Below, one piece after another: positions 48,401-55,624 of a stretch of DNA of 64,000 bases. Each line of letters begins with the position of its first letter. Position 1 is the first letter of the stretch. The stretch is from Monocercomonoides exilis PA203 (taxonomy: Eukaryota > Protista > Preaxostyla), in contig LSRY02000013.1 of NCBI GenBank assembly GCA_001643675.2, forward strand, positions 682,001 to 746,000, written 5' to 3'. Under the pieces are notes generated by a model. The model was not told the origin of the DNA and did not search any database. It saw only the letters and a list, made by a program, of their open reading frames with translations. The position numbers were made by a program, and so were the translations under genes.

Positions 48401-50112
48401 AGTGACTGCTCCACATAAGCTCCAGCATTAATGTTGATATGAGCTGGACGATCTTTTCTTGTTGAAGCAGCACCACTGACAGAGTTGCACACTGTCAAAC
48501 AGGGAGAATTCTTCCATCCACACAATGCAACATCTCTTCCAGAAGTGTCAACGAATATTTCAGTTTTCCTCATCCAAACGCTTTTATCACCACTAACTTC
48601 AAAAACAAGACGATTGGTGGAGGAAAAGCTATTTGTCAAGCAATTCTTGAATTGGCTTTCTTTCAACACATTTTGCCATGGATTTTTAACACAGATATCT
48701 TTTCCATCACCGTTGGCATCACAATCAACAAACAAGCAAAAAGAAAGTGAACTGTAATGCGTCAAAGTTATTTCTCTTGAATCAAAACAGATGGCACCAC
48801 CAACAGTTGCATTTGCACAGCAATTCTCGAAGACAATGTTTGAATATGATATTTTTGCACCTTCCCCATTCCAAATAGCTCCTCCTCCGTTACAATATAT
48901 GTGACTGCTTGTTTCAAAACAGTTAATAAATGAGCTATCCGATATGAGATCTTCATCAGAAAAACCTGAATGAATGTGGCAACAGCCCCCTCCCCAGAGT
49001 GCTTCACAATTTGTCATGTTGTTATTCTGGATAGTTAAAGATCCTGTTCCTACACATGGAGCAATACATGATGCATAGCCAGTAGTTTTGATGCTGAAAA
49101 AAGTGTTGTTAATTGAGTTCATAAATTTGTAATTAACAGCCCATAAACATTGAGAATTTGTTGAATTTCTGAAGTCTGTATTTTTGACAATCACAAAACC
49201 AGTTGAATTATGAGTTATGACTGAGCCGATTGAGTTCTCATACAAGCAATTATCCACAAGTGTGTTCTCTGAGCCTGTGTGATTTATTTTTGAACCAATT
49301 GTTTTGGAGCACCTCAAAAATGTCGAATTAAAAAGATTTAGCTGCCCATCTGATACTTTTGGTACAATACAGCTTTCTGTTGGGCTGGATACAGATGAAA
49401 CAGTGCTGGATGACAATGAGAAAAATGCACAAAATTTGTCATTTGTACCTCTCTCAGGATGTTGTTGGGATATGTTCAGGAAGGAGCTGGATTGCATCGA
49501 AATGAAGCTCAAAATGGAAGATTGGACAAGTGGCTTTGAATCGCACAACGAAAAAGAAGAAAATGTCGAGTCTGCTATTTCGAGTCTGCTTTGACAATCT
49601 TGAAATGCACCTTCTGGATGAAACGAAACCAACGAAGGAAAAAGTCCATTCGATCGAGACAGAACCAAAGACAAATTGAGCAGCCGAATGGATCCACATC
49701 TGGAATGAATGAAAGCGTCAGCTGATGGCTTTGGTGAAGAGAACGGGCAACTTCTGACAAAAAAGGTTGATTGACCAAATAAGGATGCAATCTCTTTTCC
49801 TCCAACTGAATCGAAATGAATATTCAAGCAGCATATGGATGAATTGCAAGATGCAATCGACGAAACAACTAAAGTGTGGCAAAACACCTCTCTCGTATTC
49901 ATTTTGGTTGGGAAAGCCACCATTCTTCTCTCGGCGCTTTCATCAGATGTTGATTGACTTTCTTCAGATATTCTCGGGCATCCAACGGAATTGCATATCG
50001 ATGAAGTTTTTTCGTATCTGCCAAGTGTTGTTGTGCTTTGCCTGTTTTCATGTGTTTCGCATTGTGTGATTTCGATAAAGAAGCACAAAACAGAAAGAAA
50101 AACAAATAACAT
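38212..50112 (-). CDS. Giant single-pass surface receptor-like protein B (~3966 aa), same family as A
   Basis: Uninterrupted 11.9-kb ORF. Signal MLFVFLSVLCFFIEITQC (ATG 50112), eight CGxxxx[PG]C modules, TM WALIVIIMAIVLLLILIIAVIFIV, tail identical to A, ending CLSFQPSNRPSL...SCCSY. Confidence 0.88.
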   Translation of the reverse strand: MLFVFLSVLCFFIEITQCETHENRQSTTTLGRYEKTSSICNSVGCPRISEESQSTSDESAERRMVAFPTKMNTREVFCHTLVVSSIASCNSSICCLNIHFDSVGGKEIASLFGQSTFFVRSCPFSSPKPSADAFIHSRCGSIRLLNLSLVLSRSNGLFPSLVSFHPEGAFQDCQSRLEIADSTFSSFSLCDSKPLVQSSILSFISMQSSSFLNISQQHPERGTNDKFCAFFSLSSSTVSSVSSPTESCIVPKVSDGQLNLFNSTFLRCSKTIGSKINHTGSENTLVDNCLYENSIGSVITHNSTGFVIVKNTDFRNSTNSQCLWAVNYKFMNSINNTFFSIKTTGYASCIAPCVGTGSLTIQNNNMTNCEALWGGGCCHIHSGFSDEDLISDSSFINCFETSSHIYCNGGGAIWNGEGAKISYSNIVFENCCANATVGGAICFDSREITLTHYSSLSFCLFVDCDANGDGKDICVKNPWQNVLKESQFKNCLTNSFSSTNRLVFEVSGDKSVWMRKTEIFVDTSGRDVALCGWKNSPCLTVCNSVSGAASTRKDRPAHININAGAYVEQSLLVDSKYLSFEGSTNFGTKLSASSSSSNALFQISSGYAFLTGLAIIRNSSASASLPLFSISSASGELVIVSCKISAESSQITPFTTAFASISTGHLNMSKTTVESMMFSDVSALRIESSTLHCFTFQNTTFRHITRNEGSGSVFDVTLTSGDELNLDELKFERCMCNKGNGGSINCIIDAGGKVTIGSTKRIELEECTVPQDIINKGKGGGMHLKLAGLSSNFAIRDVMFGGCKAWMGDSLFVDAISLSSSITRISLNFSLSGMSDDDLMGFEEQCREDPVPLLAYLQTFSGTALVGGSKNRDFSGCGTANYPCGSIGYAAALRFSNGKRYITLNQNFEWTESLTFNVNAWEVKSPTRGREIKVLSEGTNASEGMVAVEIATSLSNLSFSASSLLGQHSYFLLCQSEELAMTDCSLKCASTGNTEFGFGFIKISSGSLLLNRFSTASQVIFCSASLITLDGSGGLSCDECNMSSIKRMSGNGVCISVAKNNLLASNRNREIAIDGCCFSDCCVCEEGGEGGGVCAWLGENDVLIVNGSTCFQECCAPSEEGSGGKGGGMCIRCDVASSSFEIWNEVVFSKEMQNNAEYGKDVFVWCESGILLSQMINSSSIGFFDSTKLPTDALLLSGSENGSASPVIPLHVYLCILQSQIITDSNNGADHTHCGFPSFGCFSIDYCIENRINSSLNSIKVVSSSTIQHEIAISSTSVNVYSETLVPVSVRDTGRATQDGFVVCSSSLSLSNLSLNVQRSFAAERKSFLFSSSSLSISNCCVEFSSENANDPVSFNVIFVESGDLLISGFKMEKATTFTTSPIFADNYNSIEIENSSLTGMRRINGDGGCFYLNEANGDGKSITIQRCNFTGSCDEGNGIRGGGIMANVGSGNTLCVKSISFENCIVPSEDRESVGNGLGGAMYLCLHESFRSLTFDDISFSGCNAWKGKQLFVDGEDLSQIVSNWLQCFKTETILDEDMMGFERSTTNKEFHIPIVLYFRAFEEPCFIGRAEENGFDYTGCGFSDYPCETLQYGCLIRFGNSKAHLTLKDHFCFVNPIVLSSQVMDIEAEANGTLINILPDGSGEGEGLVETRNVVNFSGITFNVSAAFTEVNRKCLFLCTGSALSLIDCSVNTQSKKIDFGYVIVKGGALHILRGVLNEIELLGAPVVELSGETSRCTLEDVEWNNLKTGSVEGLIAAKSCSHVEMKNSNVSGPAQFGNHGVLFVEELSSATVEKSNFSLLTRNEGKGVVVTGRVGAGKSLSVNFCSFTAISCLASGSKGGSIITSVSANGELQFNNNTVEESKVKKADGLGGGMHIEFLSSEVGYSMKNNKFLSNDAMLGYDVYLVCPTPRMTIDRNKWSGSATEGQEEKTMWVIDPTFPDGTDTLLKYLFPRPDEIIYVNTLNGHTDGCGADDYPCNELWLASGKMTEDKRILQIISSCELRGAIERDNDPMTIEGKGDDGSQLIVTKEGHLKMAVGTALTTLTFSKIGFELPQTSDFTELVEVCVGTTYFVGCSFGSADPEASVETNMRIITGRGGKISFDGVIVKNMKFNADCGIFLSGEAGCTFDSMEVSNIRSSGIGMLVGEGGTEVLLNELRSTNCSFGNGGFAVLKKVKILNWKNGTSMTDCTNEGGNGGCGLISVEGESDVQINGTSISSCSANANHGRGGGLYLDISENPLLNIKLTEITFADNCAFEGNDMFVLSTDVNASAVRQRFAFQLQNEKNENIVDLKGTDNVLLKGSAVDLLLFLIQRKESSILVSRGGMDILGCGSAEFPCQTFWRGYENIDLEAHDRVIRIDSRGNIKNHYDLSSLRVMSNRADERCVVLFENAMEASEEKKSIIQNSKELKLEMIQFSLPSSFTNNENILLHSESADSCLSLNGCTFNRNSASDLEFCLIHSEAGDVQLLNCDFSSLSFSSTPVQLNSSCEIIGCNFSSISAKSSQKGGAVCVELLNEATFSMSQTETVGCGCSEEHGRGGFIFVESKGSSTENPFVFGEDVSFAGHKAQIGKNMFISAGNLNKSVTLSTLCFDFRKSREDVLLFCGRDLVWEDTTLLRFLETYTSQTIFVSSGGYDIMRCGNEEDPCRSMWKGMRQMDEGAPQKWIKIADETIVQDSFVLSNHVIEHDETEEQSLGKLIFANKTESGTDPVINNEGILKLNRIAVALSEGFCNEQLFSIVGKSGLIEMSDCSFSTETRGDAPAKVGFLLMEGGVLNVSNLSVENVMSEMGVFAISNGCDCAMQHLVASGCTFSGESFVKIVSRSYQKENAADCSVSIKDSTFQLITRNGNGPAIISSSGCASAISISGCTFDSCKAVGSERGGGAFEELQSGGALSMSKSSVIQCGCSNNNGKGGGLFICTSFGGALSFLFEKMTFKGNSAKVGNDVFVECVDIENQINETQFCFDLRETAYTRLNAIYGIDFTNYQCDTNLMDFITIHQADTIILSSAPSSNGKNDRQCGTLKLPCLTIGYALSHLTNDVESRLLVDGESFVEKEMDLEDLSIASRKEDPSKLTIFPDIPHTRASIISTAGSVSVSKIEFFFGSDFSSAHHILLTAGSGSLSLLVCSFAQSQEEISAQAIGLTLISIEDGQVTASQIKISHMHFSAEASIRVAHLDGCVLLSEMKVDHVVLNKGTFILIEGEQSFSEQPKSGGERSVELKDVSFDNVSSAQQEEGVIACLSFKGGIYLANCSYSNASSKSEAGSVMTFAECSNVTLYWNVLRGDLIHSGKSENGREAGICQWTTSAVSFANSNATMKETTIKNFPKGGVTATGGHLLIEKCEFMLNDPGIEKYPSARRNIACGGSGTVNVVSLKGGDGQEKNGSLWLLNEGCTLSGMAQERKSPLFVPFLENVKMEEKGTELKVIFKGQLLLPCNLSFRVVTAIRSEALVEQYEFKSGGFVSEDEAWGMIPSKSIRDAEEKAEVTVSILFGKMDAPSSTDSFILKNKSESQTSGDERIAERGKEGKSSWALIVIIMAIVLLLILIIAVIFIVRWKKAKNEAEDLREIVNDNIRKDPKAFEMVTMEMSPEEQWRRAEREAEKKNEERMKKRVYAKSLQHSESSEHLLAESGSTEYILGKDSDKIPEWMLEKVDDEEEKRKRSPSPSISSTSSTDTSDTESTFVRREDLCPTTSSMSNLVDAIACSSPHEKLIVDLRDSLFMLLHGRNEKKEMAIGSVKEREMTAAQILFWVANLALHSFDEMENKLQSLANLSPHIVLFSEHMVICIVMHSDLLSDNSDSSSISSSTVITSASDDDDDESDSLPSSAFEDEDSFKKECLRWKAPELLINKNMGATKKSVVFSIGMMLWECLTLQIPFGEHEAVIAGDKIAKGEALSMCGNTASTFSLVVSECLSFQPSNRPSLVSISREFFQKFPESAKLPTMTDALFTNQQSAISRNSCCSY

Positions 50113-50629
50113 GGATTTATGAAAAAGCACATAATGGGAGAAATTTGGTTGAAAAAACCATAACTGGTTGAAAAAAAAATCAAACAATTCAGAAATTATT
50201 ATCAGAACTTTGTGGAAGAAAAAAACATCGATAAGAGAAATTTTCTGTTTTTATTTTTAATTGTAATATCAAAATTATCAACAAAGAAATATTTAATAAG
50301 AAAATAAGATTTGAAATAATGGTTTTCAGTGTTCATTCTTGAAATTTTATTAGTTTTGTTTCAGGAGAAAAATGGGGGAAATGCGTTTATTTCAATTTCA
50401 GGAAAGCGCTGTAATTTTACAATGAAGTTTCTGATTATGTGGTTCATTCGATAAAAAAACGCTCTTTTTCACTCAAGTTCAGAACAAATCACTCTTCTCA
50501 GTGTGAATAATTTTTGAAAAAAGTATTATTGAAATATTTCTTCTTTCAACAAACTCATTTCTATTTTCATTTCATCAGAAATCACTCCTCTGACACAAAA
50601 AGATTTCGCATTCAGTCGTTTTTCTTCTT

Positions 50630-51119
50630 CCTCCTTCTCACCGTCAACTCCTTCACTGCTAACCCCGCCAGCTGTGTCCTCTCCTCTGCTGCCTCCCCTG
50701 CCCTCTCCCTCTCCCTCGCCAACTGCACCATCACCAACATCAACTCAGAACAGTTGAGCCAACAAACTGCCACAGATGGCGGATGCATCTCATTCTCCTC
50801 ATCTGCCCCTGCCAACACATTTTCAGTGAGCAACACAAATTTCTCCACCTGCTCTGTGAGCGAGGATACAAGTTCTGGAGGAAGAGGAGGTGCTCTCATG
50901 ATCGAGTACAAGGATGATTCAGAAGTGTCGGAATCATCCTTTTCCATCACCAATATCGTGTTTTCTGCCAACAAGGCCAGCGTCGGAAGAGATGTGTATT
51001 TTGTGTGTGAATCATTTGTCGCTTCTGTGAAAGAGCCCTTGTTCGCCTTCATGAGAAGCATCACTCAGAAAGACAACTCGGTTGTTGGACATGATAGAAC
51101 AGAAGTATTTAGTGATTGA
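50630..51119 (+). pseudogene. Orphan fragment of the same beta-helix ectodomain family
   Basis: DGGCISF...GGRGGALMI...FSANKASVGRDVYF matches the second half of the repeat module in A and B. No ATG, signal peptide or TM. Confidence 0.65.
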
Positions 51120-51684
51120 AATGCCCATTAATTCAAATTTCTCAACGAGAATACAGCTGACAATGAATACATGGAAAGCATACTTGAAATCAAAGAAATG
51201 TATTGCTGGCTATCAAAGACGTCCTGCAAGAGGACACAAAACTCGATGGGTCTTCTGAAGAAGGTGAAGAACGTTGGCAAATAATATTGAATGAGCAGAC
51301 AAATTGTGGATTTATGTGCAAATGAAGGCAAAGTCGAGGAAAGTTATAGAGATGGCACACAAAATATAAGAAAACATCTCACATGTGCATTTGATGAAAT
51401 TAACATTGCTTCTCGGGCATTTATTCTCTTCTTTCATGGAATTTTTCTTCAAAAATGAAGTTTCAAATAAATAAGTTTACCTCATCGTTTCATCTTCTGC
51501 GACTTTTTGAAGGCATGTGGCCTTGCGAAATCTCTCGAAAACCATTACTGCAACTGTATGTTCAAAGAAATCTTTTTAAACCTTGCTCTTTCTATTTTCG
51601 GCGTTAACTTCAGTTTTGAAATGAAAAAGCCAGAATAAATCAACTTTTTTGTTGAGCTCAAGCCGATCGCCTTTTCTCGGATTA

Positions 51685-53869
51685 TAGACAGGGACAAAAC
51701 CCGGGACAAAGACAAAACCCGGGACACTTCAGTCTTGAATAATTTTTTTGTATGTTTATTTAAAACAATTCCAAATCAAAAAACAATTCTTTATTAACTT
51801 TTTTGATTTTATCTTTTGAATGCCTGCTAAAAAATTTGTCTCTTCAATAAGAAATAATATCAAATAGGATGATCAAACTTCCATAAATCATATGAAAAAA
51901 GCAAACGTTTCTTCGCCTCTCGTTTCCAATAAATAATCTCCTATAAAGGCCTCAGCAGAGTTTCGCCGTCTCCCTTCAAAAGTGGAAAAAGTTGATTATC
52001 TTCTGAAACAAGATGGAATCAAACATTCAGATCTTGTGAAAGATAAAATTATTACTCATTCTTCCATTTACCGGCATATGGCTTAAAAAAAAGCAGGGCG
52101 TGATCATCAATATACTAGCAGACCAGGATTATTTAATAAAGAAGAAATAAAAGAAATTGAAGACTGTGCAAGAGCTCAAATATCTTCTTCCAATAAATAA
52201 ACAGTTTCTGATATAATAAAATTCGTGTGATTTATTTGATTATGATTTTTAATCTGTGTATTTTTTTGATAGGCAGAAAACGTTATGATGAAAAAAATAA
52301 GAAAAGCGTTCCATCTTTGGAGTGTCACAAAATTAACACAAAATGGGCTCGCAGGATAACAAAATAAAAGCGGATTTAAAAAACATTTAAAACCAACAAA
52401 CATAGACATTCATCGACTTTAAGTCTCGACCATTGAAAATTTGAGAAATTGGTTTGGTCTATTTAATAATGCAATCGATGATTATCATATTTCTTCAGAT
52501 TTGACAATCAATATGGATGAGACCAAAGTTACCATGAAACAGTCAGAAGATGAAATTGGAGTCACAAAAGAAACTCAGCATGCTCTCTTGCTAGAAGTCC
52601 AGCGAAGGAAAAATGCGACATTATTTTTTTCAATTTTTGCCGATGGAACATCACTGGATCCTGTGGTGTTGTGGCCATCTCGAGAAAATTTGAAGGAATT
52701 AAAATTCCATCGGATAAACTATATCAAAGACGGGACAGGTTGGATGAGCAAATATGATTTAGAAAAAAAATATGATCGAAGATTTTTTTCCAAAAATAAA
52801 TGAGAAATGAGGAGAACTACACTGGCTATCTTCTTATACACTAATTATTCTCGATGGTCATTCTTCTCGACTTTGCCAACCTGTTATTGCTTGGGGCAGG
52901 AAACACAACATCCATCTTCTAATTCTTCCGTCCCACACTACTCACCTAACGCAACCTTTGGATAGGTTCGTTTTTGCGCATTTTTAAAACAGCTTGAAAC
53001 GTGCATTTTTGATCCCTTCTGATTCATCAATTTCTTCGTATAGAAAAGCATTAATTCCAGCTGTATCAGAAGCTGTCTGCGACTCTCTATCTCCGAGAAT
53101 AGTGAGAAAGTCATTTGAAGCTTGTAAAATTTATCCATTCGATCCATCTGTAGTCTATCAGTGTCTTCCCAAAATCTCAGAAAAATTCGAAAACGTGAAT
53201 GAATTAAATTGCTCAGGGTTCACAAATAATATCAGTATGAAACTAATCACTGGAGACACTTTTTACGAAAGCAATTCAGTTCAATTAGAGAAAAAGAAGA
53301 AAAGTTTCACAATTCACTCTGATACTCAACACGAAATCTCAAAAATTTGGAAAAAGGTGTCATCTGATATTATTCACACAAGCTCTGACATTTCTGTCCC
53401 TGATGAAAGTATCAACTTTCAAAATCAAAGAAAGAAAACAATATTTCGCGAAGAGGTTCCTATCGAAATGTCTTACACAACGAAAGATCGAGATATACAT
53501 AAAAAATACTTCGGAAGAAGAGATGCTGTTCCCAAGCGAGAAAAGGATAAGAAAGAAAACTTCAGAGAGCAAATGGGGTTCTGTTTTTGATCACAATTCA
53601 TAATTCTTTTGATGAGTTGAAAGTTATTTCTTTTGAAATGTTAACTGCTATTTCTTTCAATTTTGAACAGTCTTTTTTTTCGGTTCCTCTTTTGATCTCT
53701 TGCTTCTTTTCTATCATATCATTGGGGAATACAAAACAAACAATTATCAAATGCTTGTTCTTTTCCTTTTCTTGAAATTTTTGTATTGAAAAGGTGATTA
53801 ATAAATAATCTAAGTGTTTTTCAAAGAAAAGAAACCTGCTCCAAATGTCCCTGGTTTTGTCCCTGTCTA
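51685..53869 (+). mobile_element. Fot1/pogo-like DNA transposon (2185 bp), decayed
   Basis: 24-bp TIRs TAGACAGGGACAAAACC[C/A]GGGACA (51685-51708 / 53846-53869), TA duplication (51683-84, 53870-71), extra 16-bp direct repeat at 51711-51726, internal DDE_1 transposase remnants. Confidence 0.92.
52441..53590 (+). pseudogene. DDE_1 (pogo/CENP-B family) DD35D transposase, frameshifted
   Basis: INMDETKV, FFSIFADGTSLDPVVLW and GWM, then after a frameshift LIILDGHSSR...LPSHTTHLTQPLD (35 residues between D2 and D3), then a stop/frameshift and IVRKSFEACKIYPFDP. The N-terminal part upstream of 52441 is too decayed to delimit. Confidence 0.9.
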
Positions 53870-54966
53870 TAATACAGAATCTCTTCCATTTTCACATAAT
53901 TTCAGCAGAAATTCCACAATGGAATTAACATTTCTTTTTGCGTTTCCAAATTGATATTGAAGGAGAAACCTGCTGTTGGGAATGGGGGTGGTTGAACGAA
54001 ACTGAAATAAATGTATTTTTTGTGTCCCATCAAAGTCAGTTTTGAAAATGATGAAGATAAAATGAAAGAAAATGAATATCTTTAAAAGATATTTCACTAT
54101 CCACACATGAACAAAAAAATAAAAATCGAGTATTTTAAAATGATTGATTTGCTGGGGCGAAGGAAAAAATGAAGAATATTTGACGGTTTAATAAATCGGC
54201 TCTGACGATTGAACTGCTCAAATTCATCAAAAATACAATCTTCAATCAAATATAAAGTTAGATGGAGAAACAATAAATACGAAGAAGACGATGACGAAGA
54301 AGAAGAAAATTTCGGAGAAATAGAAGAAGGAGAAGAAGATGATGACGAATATCAAGTTGATGATGAAACACGTGTTGAATGATCAGAATGCAACACAATA
54401 ACAACATTTGCAAACCATGTTCTTGCAATGGTATTGCTGAAGAAAGATTAAAAGAAGAAATTGAAGCTGAAAAAGAAATAATGTGAATATAATCTGATGA
54501 TGCTCTTTGGATGAACTGGGCGACACATGCGAAAAAAACTCATCTGAAGAAAATGCAAACAAAATGAAGAAATTCGAATTTCATTGCGGCCAACAGCAAC
54601 AAGAGAAGGAAAATTTATTTTGTGTCGCAACATGAGAATTTGTTGGCTATTCAAACAACAAATACTCAAATACGAAGAAGGCGTTCTTCTCATCAGCCAA
54701 CAAAAAAATCGTCAATGAAACTATCGAAGGAGAAAGGAAGAAACAAAACAACACAAAAAAATGATGCTTGAAATGGATTATCTCTTTGAAATACATTCAA
54801 AAAGATTGAATAATATCGGGACAAAAAATCAATAAAAAATTTGACAAGAAATTAAAAGGATCTTGCGTGATTCGCACCTGAGACACTTCGCGATGTGTAA
54901 ATGAAGCCTCAACAGCTAGACCCTTCTTGCATCACAAGGGGTTATGTAGAAAACAATTCTTATACT

Positions 54967-55077
54967 AAAAACCCAAACCCAAACTCTAATCAAAACTTAA
55001 ACCCAAAAAAAAAAATAAAAAAATAAAAAAAAAAAAATAAAAAAATAAAAAAATAATAATAATAACAATAACAAAAA
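54967..55077 (+). repeat. A-rich tract: (AAACCC)-like units, then A-runs broken by T, then (AAT/AAC)n
   Basis: Seen directly. Confidence 0.75.
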
Positions 55078-55624
55078 ATCTTCAATTTCTGATTAAAACC
55101 CAAAAATTAAAAATTGGCGAGATTAATTGTGTCATAAATGTTGAATTGACGAAATATTCAATGATCTGTTCCAAACTTTTAATGTTAACCAATAAATTCA
55201 ATCAAGATATTTTCGTGCAATATAGAAAACAAATATATTTCATAAAAGAGAAAAATCTTTGAAAGAACGGTGCGTAACGTGAAACATAAAACCAAAAATT
55301 CAATCCCTGAAGAAAAGGACAACATTCGTTCGTAATAAATTATGAGAAAAAAATTGAAAACATAATTTGGTATATTATTTGTCTAAATTCAAATTGGTTG
55401 CAAGTGAAAAAATAAAGTGAAAAACAAAATTTTCTTTGTTTTATTCTTTATGTTTTTTTCAAACGTTCGATAAATAAAAATTTGTTCTGTTTGAAAGATA
55501 TTTTAAATAAAATTACAATCTATTTGAAAAATTTGACCTTTTCTAATAAGACAGTAAAAAATTTCTATTACCATACTAAATTTCACAGAAGAATTCTAAT
55601 TTATGAGTTTCCCTTTTTTTTCAG

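Noticed and set aside
39386-50069. Long plus-strand ORFs, e.g. 44231-45280
   Set aside because: Antisense shadows of the 11.9-kb receptor B reading frame.
54202-54235. CTGACGA followed by a small stem, resembling a hammerhead ribozyme core
   Set aside because: The required GAAA after stem II and stems I/III are absent.
54969-55004. AAACCC units as an interstitial telomere
   Set aside because: Only two or three imperfect units.
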